Shown in pieces: positions 43,626 to 56,708 of a stretch of 64,000 nucleotides of DNA; position 1 is the stretch's first letter, and each line of letters starts with the position of its first letter. The notes beneath the pieces are model-generated. The model worked only from the letters and a program-made list of their open reading frames with translations. It did not search any database and was not told the origin of the DNA. Location: NCBI GenBank assembly GCA_964187785.1, contig OZ076412.1:39866001-39930000 (forward strand). Reading direction: 5' to 3'. A program made the translations under genes and the position numbers. This DNA is from Amphiscolops sp. MND2022. Taxonomy: Eukaryota.

Positions 43626-43805
43626 TGGTATGGTCAGTGACAAAAAATAACGCATTTGGTGGAGAAAAACAGAAATGAAAAGAGCAACGGTGAGCATTCA
43701 GACATTTGTGACCTTGAGCAAGTCACTTTGAAACCACAGCTTTAAGTCCACCATTACTTGACCACTTGGCTGCAAATATATTACCAACTTACTGCTGGTG
43801 CAAAT

Positions 43806-43885
43806 ATGGCGCCGACTTAGAAGAGCAGAACTGCTTATTCGGCCTCCACCCCGCGGAATTGGGAAAATTAACTTCGTTCTTTCTT
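43806..43885 (+). repeat. Short dispersed repeat (second copy at 45296-45371)
   Basis: ATGGCGCCGACTTAGAA...AGAACT.CTTATTC.GC.TCCA.CCCGCGG.AATT...AAATTAACTT is shared between the two sites. Confidence 0.7.
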
Positions 43886-46214
43886 CTTCAAAAGCGCATT
43901 GGCGAAGAATTTTATGGATATACCGCGACAGTGTGCAGAAGCAGACAACGTGTGCAGAAGTTGTGCTAACTTTCAGCAACTCTTCAAGTGGAAGAAGTAA
44001 AAAAGAATCAAAGTCGAAAAAAGAACTTTACCGAGCAAAACGACGCACCAAGAAACAACACTAAACACGAGTTGCGTCTCCTTTTAGTGCCTTTGTGTTT
44101 TTCGTTGATTGGAAGTAGCTGTTTCGGGGTAATAATCGTTCTCATTAAGTTTGAGAGAAGTCTAATAGTATAACTTCGAAACTGCACTTTTGGAAGGAAG
44201 GAAGGAAGGAAGGATTGTGGTTGTGGTGGTGGGCATCCGCATGAATCACAATGACTCATTCGGAAACATAACCCAGTATGTTCATTTTGTTGTATGTGAA
44301 CTCAGAATACCTGAAGCAGTTTTGAGAGTTTGATCTCGCTTATAAATTCCACATTGACGACCAAATCAATAAACTCTAGTTGTTATTCCTTCGTTTTCAG
44401 TTTGTTACAACCAAAAATCACAGAAAGTTGAATACATTCATTGAACTTCAAAAGGCATTTTGTCATTAGTGAAGAATTTTTATTCAATGATGGATGAAAA
44501 TTTTCACTGTTTCACAGAGAAATTTAAAATCGCGTAATTTTTGCTGATTTAGATTGTAATTTGGTAAAATGCGAGGTTCTCGAGAAAGTGTTTTTTGTTG
44601 ACTGATTTTTAGAAGCCTTGAACTACGTGATTGCATTTTGAAGGGTATTTTGCTAATAATTAAATGACTTGCTGAGCCGGACCAGTAGTTCACAAACTGC
44701 TGCAGAAATTCAAAAGTTTAAGCTCGGAACAAAATCAAAATCATATTCAAGAATTACACCTGAGAAACTTGTACTGGAATTGCTTCCCACTGTATAGGGA
44801 TGCAGGTTACTTCTTACAAGAGACCCGCTGAGCACCAGTATATTTTTCGCCCTGAATTATTTCAGCGACATTTTTAGGACTTGAGTAGAAACTCACTGGT
44901 TCAATTTCAACAACGTTCAGACGTCAACTCCTACTCCGCCATCTCATCTTCCTTGGCCACGTATTTTGAGTATGAAATTTGACCATGACAAATTGGAAAA
45001 ACTTTTCCTTTTTGAATTATGGGCGGAAAATAAGAATTTTTCATTCAGGTTCGCTGCCTTGAAAAACCCAGTTGTTATCAGCTGGTAATGCGTTGAGAGG
45101 TAGCTTGATTGAAACCAGTCTAAATGTTCACTCGCTTTACTTACATGAAAAAATAGTGCTCTATTAGGTCCCGCTGTGTAGGTAGAGAGCCTTAAAAGGG
45201 TTTCAATCTGCCTTTCACCTTTCAGAGATCCGAAATTTTTTGATGTAAACAATAGCATTTTAGGTGAGGTGACATGGAACCATAGTATCAGAACAATGGC
45301 GCCGACTTAGAAAAAAAGAACTACTTATTCAGCGTCCAACCCGCGGTAATTATGAAATTAACTTTCTTCTCTTTTTTTTCTATCGCTTGAATTTTTCCTG
45401 TATGGAGTCTCGTGAAAAATCTTTCAATCGGATAAAAGACAACATACAATCAAACGGTGTTGAAGCATTGAATATTCTGTATAATTAGAGTCACCATTAA
45501 CTCACCGCAATTGTTTTGCATCGCAAATTAAATATCGAAAACAAAATAATATTATTCAATTTTTCTAACTTATATTGAAGACAAAAACAAAGCATGTTTT
45601 GACAAAAATTGAGCATTGAATATTTCAAACCAAGGGCCTGAGCCCATAATCGCTATGGCGCTGATGACGCGCTCATCTGAAAAATAGAATTAAATTATGA
45701 AACAACTGTCCGTTTTCTTCTAAGAGTCTGAATTATTGAGCTGTAAGACAATGATATCTCATTTTGAGACATAAGTTGCTGAAAATCAGTAACGTTCGCC
45801 GAATCAAGCGGCTGAACTAGGTTAGAAGTTTTTCTGATTAATGGTAGAAACTGGATATATCATAGCACATTTTAAAAGTAGGGTTTTTTCGTGCTTCAAA
45901 CGAAAACTAAAAGTCGCCAAGATATGGGGCTTTGCCTTAAGTGTAATTCTTGAATTCTCGCAGTTTTTAGTTACCGTATTTCTTCGAAGAAGTGAATTCT
46001 CAAGTTCTGAGAGTGGCTTCTACTGGAGGCAACTTCTATTCGAAGCAACACAGTACGCATTTAGAATGTTAGAAATTGAATAAAATGAAATTTTCAAATA
46101 ATTTTGAACAAAGAGCTTTTGAATACCCGTAGAGCTCCGAATGACACCGTTACTTCGTTATCAGGGATTATCAGACGGATTTCCCGCTGGGTCGACGAGG
46201 CTCGCCCCTAGGGA

Positions 46215-46596
46215 ATGATGGAAGTAATTTCGATTGACAATTCAACTGTGTTCCCTGGAGGAAACACAACCCCAATATTTCAACCCGAACCCAGTTTAGC
46301 GGATCTGCAGCTTGTCTACACCGTCCTTGGATGGGTGTCATTGTCTGCTTCAGTGGGTGGGGTGACGGCCAATGTGTTCACGCTCATTGCAGCCAACCAG
46401 ATGCGACTTGGAACATCTGGACCAACTTCTGGAACCATGTTTATCAAGTGTCTGGCGTGCATCGACTGTGGCTTCGTTTTCTCGGTCGGGTTTATGGCGG
46501 CCAAAATAAGTCAAACGACAAGTGTAGAGCTTGTGACTATGCATGACCTGGCGTGCAAACTTGGTCGTCTCTTTCAGTGGGTCACTTCATTCTGGG
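46215..46596 (+). CDS. Class A (rhodopsin-like) GPCR, exon 1 (N-terminus to TM3 start)
   Basis: N-glycosylation sequons NST and NTT, TM1 GGVTANVFTL, TM2 LACID, TM3 Cys (LACKL); donor G|GTCAGT, phase 1. Confidence 0.88.
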
Positions 46597-47284
46597 GTCA
46601 GTGTTTTTTGAAAATTTTTTGGATTCCACATGAAAAAATCTTTTTTGAAAAGCAAATATGCAATTGAGATGTTTACATATAGGCAATTAATTTTTGAAGA
46701 AAAAACAACATTGAAAATCAAACGCTTAACAAAATAAAAGACAGGTCATTAATGATGTGGCGTAGTGTGTCCAGGGTGGGCCAATATAAAACAAAGTGTT
46801 TTTTTGAATAAAAACATTCTGATCAAAGATTCTTGATTTCATGTGCATGTAATCAATGTAGACAGAAGTTAGGCGTCAAAATGAACAATTTTATAGAATG
46901 TCAAGTGAAAACAAAAGCCTATGCTGAAGAATTACTGAAATTGGCTTTCGAAATGTTAGTGCCGAGTACCGGTGGATTAGATCCACTCTGATCTTCGCAA
47001 CAGGCTTGGAGTTCAGAAAGTTGAAAAACTTCTGTGATGCGATCTTTGAATGATATTGAATAAATTCATTCTCTCAATCTTGTTTTTCTCTGTCTTTGTT
47101 CGAGGAAATTTGAAACATGTTCGATTTTAAACGTGGAATGACCAACCTTGATTGTGTCATGATAAAACTTTAGGAAATCGGAGACATGTCCCACATGAAG
47201 GTACTACGGGACCCTAGCTCTAACCCTAACATTACTGAACCTAATTAGCAAGCGTTAGTAAATTAGCTACATTTTCGGTTTTAG

Positions 47285-47359
47285 CCAACTACTTGCTCCT
47301 TTGTCTATCTGTCGATCGAGTAGTAGCAGTATGGCGGCCCTATCTCTACAAGCGCATTG
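47285..47359 (+). CDS. GPCR exon 2 (TM3, DRY-like)
   Basis: TTTTAG acceptor; (A)NYLLLCLSVDRVVAVWRPYLYKRI; phase 1/1. Confidence 0.9.
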
Positions 47360-47380
47360 GTGATGATTTATTTGTATTAT

Positions 47381-48330
47381 TATTTTCCGCCCATATTTCA
47401 TATGGGAAAGGAAAATATTTAAATCAAACGGGTTTTTTTTACAAAATTTGCCAAGAATTATTGTTTACGTAATATGAAGAAGTACATTCACAGAATTCAA
47501 CTGACATAAATTTAGTTCCATGCGATATGTATTTGTAAAGATTTTTGGACTTTTTTGGGAATGACGGAAATGACCCCATAATGACCCAAAAATGACCCCG
47601 AAAATGACAAAAATTCAAAACTTTCCCAATTTTCACCGTTTTCATGCATTTTTTGCCATTTTTCGATGAACATCGTCGATTAGAATGTTCAAAACGTTCA
47701 AAAAGGCACGAATTCGTTATCCAATAGTATTCTGAAGAGATAAATGCGGTTTTTTAAAAGAAAAATTACCAAAAAATGACAAAAATTCCAAAATTTTTCG
47801 ACTTTTAACGTTTTAATGCAATTTTTGTCATTTTTTCGATAAACATCGTGGATTAGAATGTTGAAAACGTTCAACAAGGCACGAACTCGTTGTCCAATAG
47901 TATTCTTTAAGGAGATAAATGCGTTTTTTCAAAAAGAAAAATTACCCCAAAGTTGATAAAAAATTCCAAAATTTTTCAATTTTTAACGTTTTTATGCAAT
48001 TTTTGTCAAATTTTCGATAGACTTCGTGGATTAGAATGTTGAAAACGCTCAGCGTGACAGGAATGGCAGGAATTCGTTGTCCAGTATGCTTTTCCGAAGA
48101 GATAATGGCTGTTTTTTAAATGAAAAATATATCAAATTGAAACCGAAAATGACAAAAATCCCAAAATTTTCCAATTTTCGAAGTTTTTATGAAATTTTTG
48201 TCAAATTTTCGACAGACTTCGTAGATTGGAATGTTGAAAAGAGTCAACAAGGAACAAATTTGTTGTCCAGTAGTCTTTTTCGAAGAGATTTGGGGCGGAA
48301 AATATCCCGCTGGTCCGCAGGCGTCTTGTT
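47381..48330 (+). mobile_element. Helentron/HINE-like element, family 1 copy B (GPCR intron 2)
   Basis: Same 5' and 3' ends as copy A; about 4 internal ~175-bp repeats. Confidence 0.75.
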
Positions 48331-48708
48331 CAATTTAACTTGGAGATGCATAACTTTTTTAGAGTAGAATGACTAATTTGACCAAAACGTAAGTAAGCGT
48401 AGTGTACGTCACAACAGCGTCGATGTAACAAAATATCTATTAAATTTGAAAACTTGAAAAAAAACTCGAAGTTTTACCTTCACCTTTTGAAAATGGTACC
48501 AAAACGCGTCAGACTATACGAAAAGATAAGATAAGATAAGATAAGTTAATTTAATTGGATAAAGATATTAAATAAAATAATATTCTATTTCATACAAAGA
48601 TGAATTATTATCCAATTGGGAATGAAAAGGAGCTTAATAGCTCTTCGAGTTTCCACCCTTGAAAACCAGTTAGGTACCCTTTCAGTTAGGAGAAAGATAA
48701 ACCACTTC

Positions 48709-51580
48709 CTAAAAGAATAATGTCACAAGTTGCTCATTATCAACAACATATAACGAACTAATTTTCTGTGTTAATTTCATAGTTTGAGTTTTACTCATTG
48801 TCGCAAGGTCTTCGGGTAAAAGATTGAATTGTTTAAGCCAATTATGACATTTTATCAAAACATTGGTAAGACATTTTTGTTTCACTATCGTCCTACTCCA
48901 GGTGAGCGGTAAAGGATTTTTTTGCTTAGATCTTCTTTCTATTTTGTCATTCGTGGTAGCTTCAATGTTTGAGAGGAGCAAATTAGGTGATTTTGATTGT
49001 AGTTGTCGGAACAATTCCTTCATTACTTCAACAATGTAGAGTTCAAAAACTGTTAATACTCCATTCCGACGTAGTATGTTGCTTATGGAATCATACTTTT
49101 TTTTGAAAAAAATGCCTCTCAAAATTCTACGTTGGGCCATTTCTATTTTTCTGAGGTTGCTTTTTGCTGATGTTCCATATATCAAAAGTCCATAACAAAT
49201 AACAGATTTTGCAAAGCTATTGTAAAACATTAGCAAGCATTTTTTGTTGTAGTAATGTCGAATTCTATAAATAAGTCCACAAAATTTATTTAATTTTTTC
49301 ACAACACGATTAATATGTTCATGAAATCGTAATCGACTATCTATATGCACACCTAAGTACCTGCATGATTTATTAAACGGTATCTTTTTGGACATCATTG
49401 TTATTTCAAGTGGCTTTCCTGATCCAAACGGAACAACTTCACATTTATCCAAATTAACCGATAATTTATTTTTTGTAAACCAGTTAGTCAGTGAGTTTAT
49501 ATCTTCTTCAATTGAAATATCATTTCTGTTACCCGCTTTTATTACACTGGTATCATCCGCAAACAATGCAAGTTTGCTACTGTGTATACCTTCACTGAGG
49601 TCATTGATATAGATAAGAAAAAGCAAAGGACCCAGCACAGAACCTTGTGGTACGCCAGTTAGTAGTGTTTGCATTTTGGTTACTTTTTCATCATGATAAA
49701 CATATTGTGTTCGATTTTCCAAGTAAGATTTCAGAAGATCATTGACGGGTCCACGAAAACCTAAAAAATTTAGCTTTTTCAAAAGAATGCTATGGTCAAG
49801 GGTATCAAATGCTTTCTGTAAATCTATGAAGCAGGCATGTCCAGTATGTTTCTTTTCAATGGCTTCCCTAATATATTCCGTTACCGTAGATATTGCATCG
49901 ACACATGATCTACTTGAACGAAATCCATATTGATCAGAACTTATCAATTTATGTTTTTTACAAAACTTCAAAATCCTTTTATAAAGTAATTTCTCAAAAA
50001 CTTTACTGATTGAGCTCAGCAAACTAATCGGTCGATAATTTTCAGGTTTTTCATAATCCCCCTTCTTGTATAGCGGAATGACTTTTGCAACTTTCAATGT
50101 TTCAGGGAATACATGTTCATTAATAGCTTTATTGATGGCGTCTGCTAAAAAAGAATCTACTACTGGTGAACAACATTTGAGTATTTCATTACTGATGCCG
50201 TCATGGCCAGTACTTTTCTTATTTTTTAACTGCTTGATTATTTTTGAAACTTCTAAATGGTCAGTAGGGTGTATAACCATTGAATTTAGGATCTTTCGTG
50301 ACTCATAATTGAATGGAATGGATTGCAACTTGGATGACAGAAGCGTTCCGACAGAAGCAAAATGATTATTCAGATTATCCAAATCAGGCATTTTCCGCGG
50401 TTTTTGTTGCTGTTGTTTGAAAGTTTTAAGACTTTTATAAATCATTTTAGACGTTGGAGTTGGACCTAATTTTTTGATATTGGCATTCTTTTTTTCAGAT
50501 CTTATCAACGATGTAACTTTGTTTCTGAATGTTTTGTAAGCTCGTTCGCTATCCGTCGTCCGACTTTTTATCCACTTTTGGAAGAGTTCATCACGTTTTA
50601 CAATTGCATTCTTAATTTTGTTTGTTATCCAATCGTTTTGATCGTAGTGCGAATTGAGTTCCCGTTCAGGAGCAAATCTATCCACACATTCCATTATTAT
50701 TCTTGATATCTCATGAAATTGTATATCTGCAGCGTTATTTTGTGAAATTGTTTTCAATTTTTGATACAAAACGAATAGAAAGTTCAAAGCATTTTCACCT
50801 TTCAGTTTTTTCATGTTTCTTGCTTTCATTGTTTTTTTACTTTCAACATTTTTACTTTCAGGTAGTTTCAGAATAACTGAATAATGATCACTGATAGTCG
50901 TTTTGATCGTATCGGTTGCAAACTCATTAAGTGAAATGAAATGATCGAGACAACTTTTGGTTTTTGCGGTCACTCTAGTGGGTTCAAAATTTCTGAGTTT
51001 GAAATCATATGCAGCTAATAATGACTCGTAGTTTTTTTTCATTATCGTTTTTTTGTGTATCGATGTTGAAATCGCCAAAAATAATAGTTTCATTTTTCAA
51101 CATTTTCAATTGGTGAAGTAGTTGCTCCAATTGGGGAAAAAATTGCGTCAGGTAAAATTTCTCGTTTCGATACAAAATACAAAGATTAATAGTTTGAACT
51201 CCTATCTTAAATTCGAAAACACAGCACTCAATCTTTGTGTCTACTTGAATTTGCTTATACTCTATTCCATTTTTTGCATAAAGAGCTACTCCGCCTGATC
51301 GTCGTTTGGCATTTTTCCGTGGCGTTGATTCAAGTGGTTGATAACCTGTTATGTTAAAATCTTCCATGTCATCGCTTTCTGTCATCCAAGATTCAGTTAT
51401 TGCAATTATTTCTGGTTTATGTTCCAATGTTTGTAGAAGGATCTCAAGTTCGTTTAGATGTTTGCTTAAAGATCTAATGTTCATTCCTAAAATCGTTTTG
51501 CTTTCATTTTCGAAGGGTACCAAGGATTGGTTTTCAGTATCGTTTAACATGAGTCTGTAGTCAATGATAATGTACGTCAT
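48709..51580 (-). CDS. LINE ORF2 (APE endonuclease + RT) with one frameshift
   Basis: MNIRSL, ITESW, GGVALY, GDFNID, SDHY; NYRPISLL, FIDLQKAFD, GVPQGSVLGP, FADD, YLGV. The frameshift is at the T8 run 51032-51039. Confidence 0.9.
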
Positions 51581-51590
51581 TAGATCACAC

Positions 51591-52490
51591 TTAGTTAGTT
51601 TCCATGCCTTCAGTTTCCTTGTTATTCATCATTTTGGGTACTGGCGAATCTTTTTGCAAGGATTCTATGAAATTGACCAGACCATCCCTGTCATCCATAA
51701 GTTGTTTCAATTTTTCAGCAATGTTCATTGTCTCAGCGGTCCTTGGTGTCTGCTCACGCTGTCTTTTATCTTTGTTGTTCTGCAACTTCAAATTGGCATC
51801 TTTGTTGTCCATGTTAAACATTGAAGGATTTCGTCCAGTCATTTGTTGTTTAAATAACAAAGGTTTTTTCTTTTGGAAAATATCATCTGCATCTTTGAAA
51901 TCAACTAAAGTATGTCTTTGATATCCACCGTTGGCGTTGGGAACCAAAACTTGAGGTGCAGAATTGAATGTTGTTGTATACATGCCTAGACCTTTCGCAT
52001 AATCTTTCAGTTCCAAATCGCGTTGTGTCAGCCTTTCATTGAGAAATACTGGTCGTTTATTTGCAGGATTCACGTAGTTTTTCAAAAACTTTTTCCTTCC
52101 CCAAATTCGGTTTTTAATATCAAAATATACGAACTTTGTAATCACAGTACAAGGTTTGTTTTTACTCACGACACCCAGTGGATGAACTGCTTTGAGGTCA
52201 TAGGCCGTCACCTCCACTCCAAGTACATCGTTGAAAAGAGCCAGGACATCTTTTGTGTAATCTCCATTCAATAATGGTAAATTGTTAATAATTAGGCAAT
52301 CTTTTGACGAATATCTTTCTAGTTCATTGACTTTATTTTCCAGAAAAAGAACTCGATTGTGGAGTTTTGTTATGACGGAAGACTGTTCTTGAATCGCGTT
52401 GATAAGGTTTTCAAATAAGGCAACAGTTTTGGAGTCCAATGTTTCTTGAACAGTTGAAAGTATTTCTTTTGCATTCTCAGTAGTATGCAT
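51591..52490 (-). CDS. LINE ORF1 (coiled coil + RRM-type)
   Basis: LENKVNELERYSSKDCLIINNLP, AVHPLG, VITKF and VFLNERLT match the L1/CR1-type ORF1 RRM/CTD pattern. Confidence 0.85.
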   Translation of the reverse strand: MHTTENAKEILSTVQETLDSKTVALFENLINAIQEQSSVITKLHNRVLFLENKVNELERYSSKDCLIINNLPLLNGDYTKDVLALFNDVLGVEVTAYDLKAVHPLGVVSKNKPCTVITKFVYFDIKNRIWGRKKFLKNYVNPANKRPVFLNERLTQRDLELKDYAKGLGMYTTTFNSAPQVLVPNANGGYQRHTLVDFKDADDIFQKKKPLLFKQQMTGRNPSMFNMDNKDANLKLQNNKDKRQREQTPRTAETMNIAEKLKQLMDDRDGLVNFIESLQKDSPVPKMMNNKETEGMETN

Positions 52491-52709
52491 TTCTTACAGC
52501 GCAGTTTCAATATTTCAAGTGTGGTAATCCAATGACGTAACAATAAGAATTAGAGCTGACTGTTCGCTAGCATCAAGTTGTGTGTTCTGAAGTTTCGAAG
52601 AAAGTCTGAATCATTCGTCAGGCGACAAGGAACTTCAAGAAATTCTTGAATTTTCATTAGAAGTGGCAACTTATAAAAACTTTAATGTAAACTTATGTAA
52701 ATTTCCCAG

Positions 52710-52874
52710 GGAAACCCAAGCTAGCTGTGAAGACTACTCTGGCGGTTGGGCTCATAGTCACTGTGCTGTGTGCACCCACGGCTGTATCAGTGGGCATCGA
52801 AGGGGGGCTCTGCTTTGCGGGTAAACATGTTGATCTGCTTTTACCCCCTCTGGTCCTTGAGTGGTACATCAAAG
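52710..52874 (+). CDS. GPCR exon 3 (TM4-ECL2)
   Basis: TTTCCCAG acceptor; (G)KPKLAVKTTLAVGLIVTVLCAP...GLCFAG...EWYIK; donor G|GTGAGT. Confidence 0.88.
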
Positions 52875-53696
52875 GTGAGTTGGGTTTAATTTTACTACTA
52901 AAGATTTACTCGCTACATATATTTGCCAACGCTTTCTTTTGTACAAGGGGTGTTTTCTAGCCATGATGGGATAATTCACCAGTCAATTAGTCTTTCAGGA
53001 AAAATGCTGAATTACATAGTCAAAAGCGTCCATGACATAACCACCCCAATCCAAGACAACAGAGAATTGCTATGTCATGATTTGCTATGCGACATGGAAA
53101 GCAATTATTTGAAGAGAGCGGTTAACACTATATTTTCACGAGTTTCAAGGTTTTTATTAAAATCAAGGAATAATAAAACTGTAAACTTGAACAAAAAGGC
53201 TTTTTTTTTAAATACAAACAAGAATTACAAAAATTTAGCACCTGGATTTTTTCTGACATTTGGCAATCTTCGAAATTTATCATGCATCATCTCGAAAACC
53301 ACTCTTCTGATCAAAAAATGAGATAAATCAGACTTTTTTCTGAAAACACCCTCCTTAAGAATTTACTCTGCATGATGCTGCACAAAATGTTAATTCAATT
53401 TTTGTGCCGTAGAAACTGTTTCAAGTGAATCAAAACTGTTTTTGGTTACTTTTTAAATTTTCATTCGATTTCGAAACAAATAATATTGCAATTCTGATCA
53501 AAATCTGAACATTTTGAACATGGGACTTTTTCGTCAAATGCTTGTCCCAAGAAAAAATGTGCTCTTTAGCTTTTTGGGACCATAGTGTATATCTGAAGCT
53601 TCCATACACAATGCAATTATCAAGCTTTTTGAAATTTTCTATAAAATTGATTTTGAATAAAGATAAGTTTTTAAAAAGTTTTGCTGGTCATTTCAG

Positions 53697-53953
53697 GGAT
53701 GGCGCTTGTAGACAACATGGGCATACCATTTGTGACCCACGTCGTGTTAGACAGCTTGATTCTGTTCAAACTGAAGAAGCCCGATTCGAACATCAGCCGA
53801 AAAGAAAAAGAGATCACGGTCTCTCTGCTGCTCGTCTGCTTCTTCTACCTGGCAACGACTGCTGTGATAGCCATGGCTATGGGAACCTATGCCGTCATGG
53901 ACGTTTTGACCCAGCGAGACCGGTTACTGCGAAAGATTCTAGTTCTAGTCACG
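53697..53953 (+). CDS. GPCR exon 4 (TM5-ICL3-TM6)
   Basis: TTTCAG acceptor; DNMGIPF (TM5 Pro), RKEKEITVSLLLVCFFYL; likely donor ACG|GCAAGT (GC). Confidence 0.82.
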
Positions 53954-54010
53954 GCAAGTCGATAGTGTAATTTTGCGAGCATTGAATGAAAACTTGTTCT
54001 TGGTCAGCGC

Positions 54011-54729
54011 TTTTTGTGAAACAAAAAATGCCCGACTTTTACAGTGACTTTTTTCTCGAGACTACAGACCCCACCGAACAGAATTTCTATAGGCCTTCCT
54101 ATCTCACTGGAAAGCAAACTCGGGTGTTTCCAAAAGGTGCCACCTTTGGGTACCATAGTTTTTGGTTACTAGATAACACAGAAGGTTTGGTTTTACTTTT
54201 TTTTGGCATTGACTTCTTTCCCGAAAATTTTTAAAATGTCGTCAAAGGATCCCCTCTTTGGTTATTTTGATTTTCGGCACCCAACTGGATGACAAAAAGC
54301 CCAAAGGGTCCCATCTTTTGCGTTTTTTGGCACATTGAAGCTTTTGTATTGGTGTGGAACTGATGAGTTTTCTCAATGATAGTGGAAAAATTTACGGTTT
54401 TTTCGACACTGCGCGACTTTTTTTCAATACAATTTTCTCTTGGTCCAAGAGTACCCCCTTCACTTTGATGTTTTCGGCCTGAAAAAGCGCTTCGCGAGTG
54501 TAAAGCTTCTTTTATCGGCACTATGAGACTTTTGTCCGAAGAAAAAAATCAAAATATTCTGAAAAAAATTCGCTTTTTTGATGTTCCAAGTTAGGGAAAA
54601 GTGGTGTTCGAGTATTTCCGGCACTGTAAGTTTGATAAACTTTTGACAAAAATGTCTCTTGCACATTTAAGAAGTTTGACTCTTTTGAACCTTGAGAGGG
54701 GCGCCGATTTGGGTCCTTCTCAGCTTGTT
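54011..54729 (+). mobile_element. Family-2 Helitron/HINE-like repeat copy
   Basis: 5' TTTTGTGAAA..AAATGCCCGACT, internal repeats, 3' GGCGCCGATTTGGG...GCTTGTT. Confidence 0.6.
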
Positions 54730-54920
54730 TTTCCTTATGGAGGGTTTAGCAAATAGGTACAGCAATTCCTTTTGGAAATTAGCCAAGTGTGTTGCCAGGT
54801 TCAACTTTTGATGTTTCTAGGCAGAGTTCTTTCTACTAAGAACCACTTTTGTTTCTTCCGGAATACAAAACTCCTTGTATTTTACACAAGATCAAAGATT
54901 CAATTAGTCTCAAAAAGACC

Positions 54921-56159
54921 AACAAGTCGGGACCGGTCCAAGTCGGCGCCTCGCTCAAATTTAAAACCAAGTTTCTTAAATATGCAAAGAACGGTATTGT
55001 TAAAACTATCAATTTCCCAGTGCCAACAAGTATCTTATGAGATACGCAGAAGGCTCGAAAACCATCTTGCTCAACCAAAAACCTCTAAAAAACGAAAAAA
55101 AATGCGAAAATCGATTTTTTTTCATAAAATGTCTCCGATACATCGCATAGTACCGAAAAACCCAAGGAGTCCTCTATGCTGACAAAAACTTTGGTTTCTA
55201 GTGAAAATCGAGGGTCGCAAATCAGACGAAAATGTAAAGTACCGAAAAAAACACCTATGTTGATAAAATCAGATCTAGCGCAATATTTTCGATTTAGCGT
55301 GCTGTGTCACTGAGAAGACCTGATATTAGGACGAAAAATATTGATTTTGAAAAATTAAGAAACGGGGCTTCTTTTCGAAAATTATCTCTTCGGAGAAAAG
55401 TCTCATAGTGGCGAAAATAGAGGGACAGTATTAAATTTACGGTACCAAAAATATACCGGAATGATACCCATAAATCTAGGAAACCGCGTTTTCCGTACCT
55501 CGAAAAATATCAAGTAAAATTTAAAAAACAATAATTGAAAAAATTTCGTTCAATTTTTTTACTGAAAAAAAACCTTTTGCCGAAAAACCGAAATGAAGTC
55601 CGCTCAAGTTCCCGCAACTATTATTTCAAGCCGACAACAGTCATGAAAGTGAGGGGCTTACCTTTTGACCAAACATTTTTTTCGAAACGTCGCCAAATGC
55701 CGAAAAAACTGTAGGTCTTTTCAACAATTATTTTCATTTTGAGAAATCTCAATGCCAAAAAATGTAGAAGGGAGGATCCTTTGGGTTTTTTAAATAGCCA
55801 GTTTGATGCAAACTATCAAAAATCAAAGGGGAGACACTTTAGAGACATCCAAAAATTTTCGAAAAAAGTGTAACAAAGTCAAAAAAATGGAAAAGGGGAT
55901 CCTTCAGTATCGTCCTATTTTGCAAATGCACGAAAAAGTTTCTCGCTGAAGCAGGAACTTGATCCCGCGACGCTTGGTTCTCCTAAACCGAAGAACCACT
56001 GTACCAAGTTATATCAAAAGTACACGAAAGTGCATAAAAAGGGGACTGATTGCGTTGAACTCACGAAAAAACTAGCCCTTCTAAGAGTCGTGCTTTTTCT
56101 CTGGAAACGATGACTTGAAAAGGGTCACAGTAAGAGTCGGGCATTTTTTTTCACAAAAA
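54921..56159 (-). mobile_element. Family-2 repeat copy, inverted relative to 54011-54729
   Basis: Starts AACAAGTCGGGACCGGTCCAAGTCGGCGCC, ends AGTCGGGCATTTTTTTTCACAAAA. Confidence 0.62.
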
Positions 56160-56708
56160 CACCGACTAAAAATACGTACCAACTTGATATACATGAAATC
56201 CCATGCACAAAATCAATACAAAATATCACAAAAAATTACATAAACTCTATATGAAAACATAAGTAAGTTCCGATTCGTGTTAGTTGGAACAGTTACATGT
56301 TAAATTTTCCCGAATTATAATCTGAGTTGAGTTCCTCAGGGTCAAAATCCAAGTTGAAAATAAAATAGGCCCCTGTATTATTTCAGCTTTAGGCTTCCAT
56401 GTTCAATAGTAGAAGCATACCTGGAATAACTATACACTCCTGTTTAATTATTTTATAGCGCACAATTGATAATTGTGCTTTTTGAACCGCCTTCAATTTT
56501 CAGACTAACGAAAAGATAACCACTAAGAGTATACAAAGTTTCGCATTTGCATTCGCATTTGAATGCAGGAGAAGCTCTCGGCGAACAAATAATTTGCACT
56601 CAATCGCTTCATCGCACGAGAATTGAATAAACTAACTGTCTGTTTTTGGAGAATATTAAATCTCACGCTTATACTCACTGCGGAACAAATTATCTGAATC
56701 TTTATCAG

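Larger units (their letters stand above)
48523..52550 (-). mobile_element. Near-intact CR1/L2-group LINE, antisense in GPCR intron 2
   Basis: ORF1 + ORF2 (EN-RT) + 3' UTR ending in a (CTTAT)n tail at 48523-48545. The 5' end is approximate. Confidence 0.92.
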
